64,000 bases of DNA from Candidatus Microgenomatus sp. Lineage in GTDB: Bacteria > Patescibacteriota > Minisyncoccia > UBA6257 > GWB1-50-10. Position numbers and translations under genes: made by a program. Below are positions 1 through 7,723 of the stretch, in pieces (positions within the stretch are counted from its first letter, which is position 1; each line of letters starts with the position of its first letter). The stretch is taken from positions 239,157 through 303,156 of the forward strand of contig DYGI01000001.1 in NCBI GenBank assembly GCA_020724805.1, written 5' to 3'. The notes under the pieces are model-generated. The model was not told where the DNA came from. It saw only the letters and a program-made list of their open reading frames with translations, and made no database searches.

Positions 1-649
1 GCTTTTTCTGAACTTCGATACGGCGGCTATTGTACCTTACACCACCGCCCAGCAATACATTTTCGGCATCAAATATTTCCACCGCATCGTGGTGGAGGCG
101 GACACGGAAGCGAATGTGCCGGCAACCATCGAAGATGTGAAGGCCACACTCCGCGCCTCGCACGGCATCGATAATCCGGAGAAGGACGATTTTTTCCTCG
201 AGACGCAGGCGGATGCCATGGAGACCGTGGGAACCATTACGAACGTTTTGACGCTTTTCCTTGCTGCCGTAGCCGCAATTTCGCTTGTGGTGGGGGGCGT
301 CGGCATTATGAACATCATGCTTGTTTCCGTGACCGAGAGAACGAGAGAGATAGGGTTAAGGAAGGCGGTGGGTGCCAAAGATACCGATATCATGCTCCAA
401 TTCCTTCTTGAAGCCGTGATTCTCACCGTACTCGGAGGGCTTGCGGGCATTATGCTCGGCGCATTTTTCTCTTTCCTCATTTCACTGGTGTTGGGACGCA
501 CGCTTGCGGTGAACTGGGAATTCGTGTTTCCGTTCGGGGCGGCAGCCTTGGGCATTGCGGTCGCGGCCGTGGTAGGACTCGTGTTCGGACTTTACCCCGC
601 GCGTGTGGCTTCAAAGAAGAGCCCGATAGAAGCGCTCAGATATGAATAG
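1..649 (+). CDS. ABC transporter permease, MacB/FtsX family (C-terminal part; 5' end lies outside window)
   Basis: Reading frame open from window edge. FtsX signature GVGIMNIMLVSVTERTREIGLRKAVGAK followed by TM helices. Stop TAG at 647-649. Confidence 0.8.
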   Translation, partial: LFLNFDTAAIVPYTTAQQYIFGIKYFHRIVVEADTEANVPATIEDVKATLRASHGIDNPEKDDFFLETQADAMETVGTITNVLTLFLAAVAAISLVVGGVGIMNIMLVSVTERTREIGLRKAVGAKDTDIMLQFLLEAVILTVLGGLAGIMLGAFFSFLISLVLGRTLAVNWEFVFPFGAAALGIAVAAVVGLVFGLYPARVASKKSPIEALRYE

Positions 650-1013
650 TTTGTTAGAATTGAGAAACATGATTTCCATCGACGATTTTAAGAAAATTGA
701 GCTGAAAGCGGGGAAGATATTGTCCGCAGAAAAGGTGGAGGGGTCGGAAAAATTAGTAAAACTCTCGGTGGATTTGGGCCCTTCGACAGGCTCAGGGCAG
801 GCGAGAGACGTGCGGCAGGTTTTGGCGGGAATCGCGGCCACATATCCACCGGAGACGCTGACAGGAAAACAAATCGTGGTGGTTGCAAACCTTGAGCCAC
901 GCCCGCTCATGGGCATGGAAAGCCAGGGAATGTTGCTTGCGGCGGAAAGCGAGGAAGGGCCGATCCTCCTTACTCCCGAGAAGGCCGTTACTCCGGGGGC
1001 GAAAATACGTTAG
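642..1013 (+). CDS. tRNA-binding domain protein (CsaA/Trbp111-like, MetRS C-terminal-like)
   Basis: 123 aa. Motifs DFKKIELKAGKILSAEKV...KQIVVVANLEPRPLMGMESQGMLLAA typical of CsaA/Myf tRNA-binding fold. ATG overlaps upstream stop. Confidence 0.75.
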   Translation: MNSLLELRNMISIDDFKKIELKAGKILSAEKVEGSEKLVKLSVDLGPSTGSGQARDVRQVLAGIAATYPPETLTGKQIVVVANLEPRPLMGMESQGMLLAAESEEGPILLTPEKAVTPGAKIR

Positions 1014-1014
1014 T

Positions 1015-1962
1015 ATGGAAGATATGGAAAAAATTAAAAGTTCGCCGCGGGACATCTTTTTGCACCTTCTCTCCATCATCGCGCTCTACGCGTCCGCGAC
1101 CGCATTTCTCACGCTCGCGTTCCAACTCATCAATCTGTGGTTCCCGGACATATTGGATATGGGGGGGTACTACGCGTATGCGGGAGCACGGAACGCTATC
1201 CGGTGGTCATTGGCTTCCCTTATCGTCATCTTCCCCGTCTATTTTTTCACGGCGCGGCTCCTTCGGAAGGAATATGAAATGGAGCCCGAAAAGCGCGAAT
1301 TGCGTGTCCGCAAGTGGCTCATCTCATTCACGCTTTTTGTGGTGGCGCTTACCTTGATTGGAGACCTTGTGTCGCTCCTCTCGCACTTTTTGGAGGGAGA
1401 GCTTACCGCGCGGTTCGCGCTCAAAGTGCTCGCGGTTGCTTTTGTGGCGGGCGCAATCGGTGCCTATTATCTTTGGATATTGAAAGCGAAGCCGGTGACT
1501 GCGGGTGCGCGATACGTCGCTTCGGGAATTCTTCTTGTCATATTTGCGGGTGTAGTGGTTGGCTTCGTGTATGCGGGGAGCCCGGCCGAGGAGCGGCTTC
1601 GGCGCATCGATATGGAGCGCGTGAATCATCTCCAAGTGATACAGAGCCAGGTGGTGAACTATTGGCAGGCGAAAGAAAGACTTCCCGAAAACCTCGAGGC
1701 GCTTGCGGACAACATTCGCGGATACGGAATTCCTGCTGATCCCGAGACCGGCGCACCATACGAATATCGCGCGACGGGGCCACTCGCGTTCGAGCTATGT
1801 GCCACGTTCATGCGGCAAAGCGAAGGGATGATGGAGGGAGAGTCGCCGATGATGATGGGGAGACCTTACTACAGCGGTATTTCCGAGAATTGGAACCATG
1901 AAATGGGACGGCACTGTTTTTCGCGTACCATCGACCCCGATATCTACCGCCCTTTACCGTAA
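1015..1962 (+). CDS. polytopic membrane protein with C-terminal GspG/PulG-like pseudopilin motif
   Basis: ATG at 1015 just after upstream stop. Several TM helices. C-terminal block RIDMERVNHLQVIQSQVVNYWQAKERLPENLEALADNIRGYGIPADPETGAPYEY matches T2SS/T4P pseudopilin core. The ORF-track start at 883 overlaps the previous gene and is rejected. Confidence 0.55.
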   Translation: MEDMEKIKSSPRDIFLHLLSIIALYASATAFLTLAFQLINLWFPDILDMGGYYAYAGARNAIRWSLASLIVIFPVYFFTARLLRKEYEMEPEKRELRVRKWLISFTLFVVALTLIGDLVSLLSHFLEGELTARFALKVLAVAFVAGAIGAYYLWILKAKPVTAGARYVASGILLVIFAGVVVGFVYAGSPAEERLRRIDMERVNHLQVIQSQVVNYWQAKERLPENLEALADNIRGYGIPADPETGAPYEYRATGPLAFELCATFMRQSEGMMEGESPMMMGRPYYSGISENWNHEMGRHCFSRTIDPDIYRPLP

Positions 1963-2233
1963 AAAAGGAATGACATCATTTCTCGTCCATACACTTCCGG
2001 TTGTTACGCTTTTTGTTGGCACGTTTCTCATCATGTGCCTTATTGCACTTGGCGAACGGGAGGCCTTAAAAGCGAAAGAATAACTACAAACACATCTTTC
2101 AAACTCAAGGACCTCCCGCTTGCAGAGGTCCTCGTTTTTGTCCGAAGGCGGTCCGGGAAACATCTTAGCTCGCCTTCAGACCGAAACCGTAGGTCTGAAA
2201 CTGTTCTTTCATAACCATTATAGAGGAGGTTAT

Positions 2234-2446
2234 ATGCTTACTGAATTTTCGCGGCGCGCCGATGACGCGCCACTCCTTCGGGAGAATCTGCGAATGATGC
2301 GCGAGGCATATCACGAGAAGCAGCGGGAGTATCTCCGCGCGCTCGGAAAACGACGTCGCGGTGAACATAACGGCGTCGTACGCAACATGCGAATGAAGTT
2401 AAGGGAGCTCCAAATAGCGCTCGACACCATACGAGCAAGCGTTTGA
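2234..2446 (+). CDS. hypothetical protein (70 aa)
   Basis: Strong SD AGAGGAGG 6 nt upstream of ATG 2234. Followed by intrinsic terminator. Confidence 0.4.
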   Translation: MLTEFSRRADDAPLLRENLRMMREAYHEKQREYLRALGKRRRGEHNGVVRNMRMKLRELQIALDTIRASV

Positions 2447-2460
2447 GGGCTATACCAAAA

Positions 2461-2487
2461 GGAACCGTCACCTCGGTTCCTTTTTAT
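2461..2487 (+). terminator. rho-independent terminator
   Basis: GGAACCG-tcacct-CGGTTCC stem followed by TTTTTATT. Confidence 0.7.
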
Positions 2488-2543
2488 TGGTGTGGGTTGA
2501 ACAGGGCCGTGAGGACCAATAGGATGAATAGGTCTTACGGGAT

Positions 2544-4607
2544 ATGTTCCAACTAATCTCAAAATTTAAACCGGAGGGAGACCAACCGAAGGCGATTCGC
2601 GAACTGACCGATGGGCTTGCCAAGGGTCACCGATATCAGACGCTTCTTGGTGTCACCGGTTCGGGGAAAACCTTCACCGCGGCGCACGTAATTGCGAACG
2701 CGAATAAACCTGCCCTTGTTATCGCGCACAACAAAACCTTGGCCGCGCAGCTCACGAACGAGCTTCGCGAACTTTTCCCCAAAAATTCGGTGCACTACTT
2801 CGTTTCGTATTACGACTATTACCAGCCGGAGGCGTATATGCCGACCACCGATACCTACATCGGCAAGGAGGCAATGATAAATGAGGAAATAGATAAATTA
2901 CGCCACGCAGCGACTTCCGCGCTTCTCACGCGAAGCGATGTGATTGTGGTAGCGTCCGTGTCGTGTATCTACGGTCTTGGCGCGCCCGAAGTGTACCGCG
3001 AGAACATTTTTCACCTGAAGCGCGGTGCGCCGATAGATCGCCCGACGTTTACGCGCAAGCTTGTGGAGCTCCACTACACGCGGACGACCGCGGACCTGAA
3101 GCGAGGGACATTTCGTACTCGGGGCGACCAGTGGGAAATAATGCCGCCGGACCGGGAACTTATTTACACGCTTGAGGTGAAGCCCGCCCGCAACGCTTCG
3201 CGTAGCGATGCGGGCGGGAACAGCGTTATTGAGAAAGTGTATGAAGTTGACCCGGTGCGCGGGTTTGTGCCCGGAGAAACCGAAGAGATTCCAGAAGTGA
3301 CCATTGCTCCCGCAAAGCATTTCATTACCCCGAAAGAAGAGCGCGACCGCGCCATCAAGGCCATCAAAGAAGAGTTAAAGGGGCAACTCAAAAAGTTCGA
3401 AAAGGAAGGAAAACTGTTGGAAGCCGAGCGACTTGAGCGGCGCACGAAATTCGACCTCGCGATGATACGCGAGGTAGGGTACTGCAACGGCATCGAGAAC
3501 TATTCGCGCCATCTCTCGGGGCGCGCGGCAGGCGAGCCACCCGACACACTTTTGGATTACTTTCCCCGTTCGACAAGCTCAGGGCAGGCCGATTTCATCA
3601 CAATAATAGACGAATCGCACGTGACCGTGCCGCAGATTGCCGGTATGTACGAGGGGGACGCGTCGCGAAAAAAGACGCTCATTGAATACGGATTCCGGCT
3701 TCCTTCGGCCGCCGACAACCGTCCGCTTCGATTTGCCGAGTTTGAAAAACGGGTGGGGCAAATCATATTTACGTCCGCCACTCCCGGGCCATTTGAAAAG
3801 AAAGTGAGCACGCAGACAGTGGAGCAAATTATTCGCCCAACCGGTCTTGTGGATCCGAAGGTGACGCTTCTTCCGGCGAAGGGCCAGGTTGCCGACCTTA
3901 TTCCCCGCATAGAAGCGCGCGCGAAAGAGAAGGAGCGAGTGCTCGTGACAACGCTCACAAAAAAAATGGCGGAGGACCTCGCAAGTTATCTCGAGGAGAA
4001 AAAAATGAAGGTTGCCTATTTGCATAGCGACGTGAAGACGATGGACCGCATCCGCATACTTACGAATCTCAGGAAGGGGACGTACGACGTGCTCGTTGGC
4101 GTGAACCTTCTCCGTGAGGGGCTCGACCTTCCCGAGGTCTCGCTCGTCGCCATTTTAGATGCCGACAAGGAAGGATTCCTGCGGAGCGAGACCTCGCTTG
4201 TACAGACCATCGGGCGCGCGGCACGGCACATCCGCGGCGAGGTGCTGCTCTATGCTGACCAGATGACCGGTTCCATCGCTCGCGCGGTGAAGGAAACCGA
4301 GCGGCGCAGAAAGATACAACTTTCCTACAATAAAACCCACAACATCACACCGACATCCATTGAGAGAGAAATAAAGGACATTCTCCCCGCGGACGCGGAA
4401 AAAATATTGAAACTTGAAGCAAAGCCGGTACCTCGCTCGGGCCGTGCGCGCGAGGCGCTTATTAAGGAAAAAGAAGCGGCAATGAAGGAAGCGGCGGGAG
4501 AGTTGAATTTTGAGCTTGCCGCTATCCTCCGGGATGAAATAAGAATTTTGAAGAGCGGCAATAACAAAAAAGGCCCTTCGAATATTCGAGGGGCCCCCGT
4601 GCGGTGA
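2544..4607 (+). CDS. uvrB: excinuclease ABC subunit B
   Basis: 687 aa. N-terminal GVTGSGKTFT Walker A, IIDESHVTVPQ, C-terminal UVR motif ELAAILRDEI. Confidence 0.95.
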   Translation: MFQLISKFKPEGDQPKAIRELTDGLAKGHRYQTLLGVTGSGKTFTAAHVIANANKPALVIAHNKTLAAQLTNELRELFPKNSVHYFVSYYDYYQPEAYMPTTDTYIGKEAMINEEIDKLRHAATSALLTRSDVIVVASVSCIYGLGAPEVYRENIFHLKRGAPIDRPTFTRKLVELHYTRTTADLKRGTFRTRGDQWEIMPPDRELIYTLEVKPARNASRSDAGGNSVIEKVYEVDPVRGFVPGETEEIPEVTIAPAKHFITPKEERDRAIKAIKEELKGQLKKFEKEGKLLEAERLERRTKFDLAMIREVGYCNGIENYSRHLSGRAAGEPPDTLLDYFPRSTSSGQADFITIIDESHVTVPQIAGMYEGDASRKKTLIEYGFRLPSAADNRPLRFAEFEKRVGQIIFTSATPGPFEKKVSTQTVEQIIRPTGLVDPKVTLLPAKGQVADLIPRIEARAKEKERVLVTTLTKKMAEDLASYLEEKKMKVAYLHSDVKTMDRIRILTNLRKGTYDVLVGVNLLREGLDLPEVSLVAILDADKEGFLRSETSLVQTIGRAARHIRGEVLLYADQMTGSIARAVKETERRRKIQLSYNKTHNITPTSIEREIKDILPADAEKILKLEAKPVPRSGRAREALIKEKEAAMKEAAGELNFELAAILRDEIRILKSGNNKKGPSNIRGAPVR

Positions 4608-4620
4608 ATACGCACGACTG

Positions 4621-5283
4621 CTAGAAAATGGCGCGGACGGAAATGGCGGCCATCATGTCGCGTGGTTCGAACGAGCGGTTCGAATCCCATCGCCCGATGA
4701 GCACCATCGCCGACACGGATATCGGCATGGCGATTGGCTGAAGATCGATGCGCGGCCCCGCGCCTTTTCCGTCTTCGGCGTAGACGCCGCATCCGAGCCA
4801 ACGCGCGACTCGTATCTTGAGGCGCGCCTCCCACCAATAAATCTGGTTCGGGCCTGCGTCGACCACGCAGTCGAGGTAGTAGAAATTCCTTGACCCCGCG
4901 AGCGCAGTGAGATCATTGCCGAGCCAGAGGCGTCCCCGGAGATAGTAGAAGTTCTCGAGCGGGTTGCCGTTGATGCCCGCACCGAGCTCCACCCCGATAT
5001 AGGGAATGGGGGCATAGGAAAGGCCGGCGACGAGGGCGCTATGCGGTGCCCAGTCGTTGTTGGCGCGCGCGAACGCGAACCACCCCACTTTTTCCCTCCC
5101 TGAGATCCAGAAGTAGCTCTGGAAATAGGCGGTCCCATAGGCGGTTGCCCCGGACGAGTCGAAATACCACCTTCCTTCCACCAAACCACCTTTCATTTCC
5201 TCTTCCTCGGAGACGGCTTGCGATCGGGCGGGGATTGGGACGCACCACGCAAGAAGCGTAAGTGCGAAGAATACCTTCTTCAT
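4621..5283 (-). CDS. secreted beta-rich protein with OMP-like C-terminus
   Basis: Signal peptide MKKVFFALTLLAWCVPIPARSQA. Aromatic-rich. Ends ...AAISVRAIF (terminal Phe with alternating hydrophobics, the beta-barrel OMP signature). Confidence 0.55.
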   Translation of the reverse strand: MKKVFFALTLLAWCVPIPARSQAVSEEEEMKGGLVEGRWYFDSSGATAYGTAYFQSYFWISGREKVGWFAFARANNDWAPHSALVAGLSYAPIPYIGVELGAGINGNPLENFYYLRGRLWLGNDLTALAGSRNFYYLDCVVDAGPNQIYWWEARLKIRVARWLGCGVYAEDGKGAGPRIDLQPIAMPISVSAMVLIGRWDSNRSFEPRDMMAAISVRAIF

Positions 5284-5425
5284 GTCGGTTCCTCCTAGAT
5301 AGTGTCGAATTGTGAGTGTATTACTGTACTAAGGTTTACAATTTTTTCACCCACGAGTCAAGTTTTTTATGAAAAGCCCCCACCAGAGTCATTGGTAGGG
5401 GCGATGTAGGATGAGCACCCGAATG

Positions 5426-5911
5426 TCAATTGTCCATCGGGCGCCATGGTTTCTTTTTCAACGCGTGACGGACTTTCGTATCCCCGCTGTCTTTCGGGAC
5501 GGCGGAAACTTGTAGAGTCCGTGTCATGGGGGCGCTGACGTGCGTTTGTTCGCGCTTGATATCGCGTGATGCGGTATCGAGGGGAGCAGTAGTGCGCCGC
5601 GTTTCCTTCGACAGTTTCGTTGCGGCGGGTTTTTGGTGAACCACCAGTGAGACCCTTTTCTTTATGAGGTGGGGAATCGACGAGTGATCGACGTGCGGAC
5701 GAACGGCGGAGTCTGGTAATGGCGATGGTGAAATCGTCTTCTTCGGGGTTGTGGGCACCACGCGGGTGATTTTGGCGACGCCGTCTTCTTGTGCCTCAGG
5801 GCGCTCGAAGAAACACACGACACCTACGCCCATAAGGAGAACAAGAAGCGCGAGCGACATCCATATCAACCAGCGTTTTTTCTGCCCACTTCGTGGCTCT
5901 TTGGTTTTCAC
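5426..5911 (-). CDS. hypothetical membrane-anchored protein
   Basis: 161 aa. Single N-terminal TM (WLIWMSLALLVLLMGVGVVCFF), then low-complexity basic region. No recognisable domain. Confidence 0.4.
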   Translation of the reverse strand: MKTKEPRSGQKKRWLIWMSLALLVLLMGVGVVCFFERPEAQEDGVAKITRVVPTTPKKTISPSPLPDSAVRPHVDHSSIPHLIKKRVSLVVHQKPAATKLSKETRRTTAPLDTASRDIKREQTHVSAPMTRTLQVSAVPKDSGDTKVRHALKKKPWRPMDN

Positions 5912-6070
5912 AATATCACCTTCGTTTGTTTTAGTTATATGGGGTTATGCTGCGCGCACTATATCACCGTGCCTACATATTGACAAGATGGTGATGCCGT
6001 GGGATACATTGTGACAGTACTACCCTATAGGAAATCCTATATTTCACAACAACTAAAAGGAAAAATCGCC

Positions 6071-7612
6071 ATGAAGCGATTATTCGCAGTATTAGCGGTG
6101 CTGTGGTGGTGCGGCGAGCGGAGCATGGCGCAGCATATTGTTTCCGCAATCCGCACCGTCCGCGTCGCCGAACGCATCGAGGCATACAGTGCTGAAGGGG
6201 TGTTCATGGGGGCCTTTAAGGCATCTCTTCTGAACACCGTGTACCCGGTGCCGACCATCATCGGAGACCAATTCCTCGATTCGAAAGATCTCCGGCGGAC
6301 CGATTCCGCATCGGTGGGAACCGGTGCATGGCGTGTCGAAATGAACACCTCGGCGGATAGCATCAGCCGCTATCTCGTCATCATAAAGACGGTGCCCGCG
6401 ATGACCGTTCCCGCGAGCATCAATACCGATTTCCGGGTTCCGACATGGGTTACGAATCGGGTGCGCGTTGCGGAAAGTTTTTTCCGTGACGATGTGCCGG
6501 TCGTGAACTCCGGTCTCGACACGATCTTCGCAAGTGCAAGCTATCAAACCTCCACCCTTCAATTTCCGTCCGTGACCGGACAGGTGAATCAATGGGTACT
6601 GTGGGTCTCCTATATGTATGGAGAAGAAGGGCACCTTGTGCTCTTTTTCGACCAAGTGGTTGCCCCAGGAGGTGTGGTGTTGGAAAACGGAGAAGCAGGG
6701 GCTGATGTAACGGCTCCCGGTGCTCCTTCGGGTATGACGCTCACCGCGACTTCCGCCACCTCGGCGGATGCTCGCGCAACTGCACCGGCAGACGCCGATG
6801 TGGGAGGCGTGGTATTCGAACTTGACACCTCGCCGGCATTTACCAACCCAACACGAGTGATCGCATTCGCGACTCCAGGAGTGGAGGTGGTCAATACCTT
6901 CATTAATCTTGCGCCATCGACGCTGTATTACTGCAGGGCGGCGGCGCGCGACGTATCGGCAAACCAAGGAACATTTTCCGCGGTCGATACGGCGATGACC
7001 TTCACCTCAACGGGGAGTGGACTACCGGGAGCACCTACCAGTTTTGTGCTTACCGGAGCCTCATCTTCATCGGTGGTAGCGGTGTTCGAGCACGGTGTGG
7101 GCGCTATGTATACCGAAGTGCAACTTACCGAAGGGCTTTCTTTCGGAAGTTCGTACTCCGTGCAATTGGTTGCGGCGACCCCAGGAGCTCCCGGATTCGC
7201 GATTTTTACGGGGCTTCCGGCAAACCGAACCTTTGCGGGGAGAGCGCGCTCGGTGAACCAGGACGGACTTTCGGCATATGCGCCGCAGGACACCGGACGA
7301 ACATTCACCGTGACGACCGGCGTGGAGAAGTGGAGTGAAGCGCCGCATGCGTTTGCGCTCCACGGCAACTTCCCGAATCCATTCAATCCCACGACCATGA
7401 TCCGCTACGATGTGGGGGAAGAGGCAGTTGTGAGCATTACGGTGTACGACGTGCTCGGACGGACGATGGACGAACTGCTCTTGCGAGAACTGCGGGGCCC
7501 CGGCCGTTACGACGTGACGTGGAACGCTTCAGCGCATCCGAGCGGCATCTACTTTTGCCGAATGGAAGCGGGAAGGTTTACCGCGACGACGAAGATGCTT
7601 CTTGTGCGGTAG
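6071..7612 (+). CDS. secreted protein with T9SS-type (Por_Secre_tail-like) C-terminal sorting domain
   Basis: ATG 6071 with AAGGA SD. Signal peptide MKRLFAVLAVLWWCGERSMA. C-terminal ~80 aa FPNPFNPTTMIRYDVGEEAVVSITVYDVLGRTMDELLL...GIYFCRMEAGRFTATTKMLLVR matches the T9SS CTD consensus. Confidence 0.6.
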   Translation: MKRLFAVLAVLWWCGERSMAQHIVSAIRTVRVAERIEAYSAEGVFMGAFKASLLNTVYPVPTIIGDQFLDSKDLRRTDSASVGTGAWRVEMNTSADSISRYLVIIKTVPAMTVPASINTDFRVPTWVTNRVRVAESFFRDDVPVVNSGLDTIFASASYQTSTLQFPSVTGQVNQWVLWVSYMYGEEGHLVLFFDQVVAPGGVVLENGEAGADVTAPGAPSGMTLTATSATSADARATAPADADVGGVVFELDTSPAFTNPTRVIAFATPGVEVVNTFINLAPSTLYYCRAAARDVSANQGTFSAVDTAMTFTSTGSGLPGAPTSFVLTGASSSSVVAVFEHGVGAMYTEVQLTEGLSFGSSYSVQLVAATPGAPGFAIFTGLPANRTFAGRARSVNQDGLSAYAPQDTGRTFTVTTGVEKWSEAPHAFALHGNFPNPFNPTTMIRYDVGEEAVVSITVYDVLGRTMDELLLRELRGPGRYDVTWNASAHPSGIYFCRMEAGRFTATTKMLLVR

Positions 7613-7684
7613 CAGTTTATAACGGGTGCCTCCGAACCATTGGTTCGGAGGCGCTTTATTTTTCAGCGGTTTGGTGTGGTGAAG

Positions 7685-7713
7685 TTGACACTGTTTCGAA
7701 AAAGGGGTATACC
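7685..7713 (+). promoter_or_regulatory. sigma70-like promoter (TTGACA-N17-TATACC), near-leaderless
   Basis: TTGACA at 7685-7690, TATACC at 7708-7713. ATG of downstream CDS at 7724. Confidence 0.4.
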
Positions 7714-7723
7714 ATTTACCACG

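Noticed and set aside
883-1962. Extended 5' ends in the ORF track (883, 2120, 5999, 7640, 23338, 33053, 45318, 50750, 57744, 60095)
   Set aside because: Extensions overlap upstream genes or lack homology. Internal ATG/GTG/TTG starts with better context were chosen.
5756-5790. Further copy of the in-frame CDS motif (TTCGAGCGCCCTGAGGCACAAG, minus strand)
   Set aside because: Too diverged (about 60 percent identity) to separate from chance.
6092-6967. 291-aa minus-strand ORF, plus 6928-7398 minus ORFs
   Set aside because: Antisense to the T9SS-CTD protein gene. Cys/Arg/His-rich junk composition.
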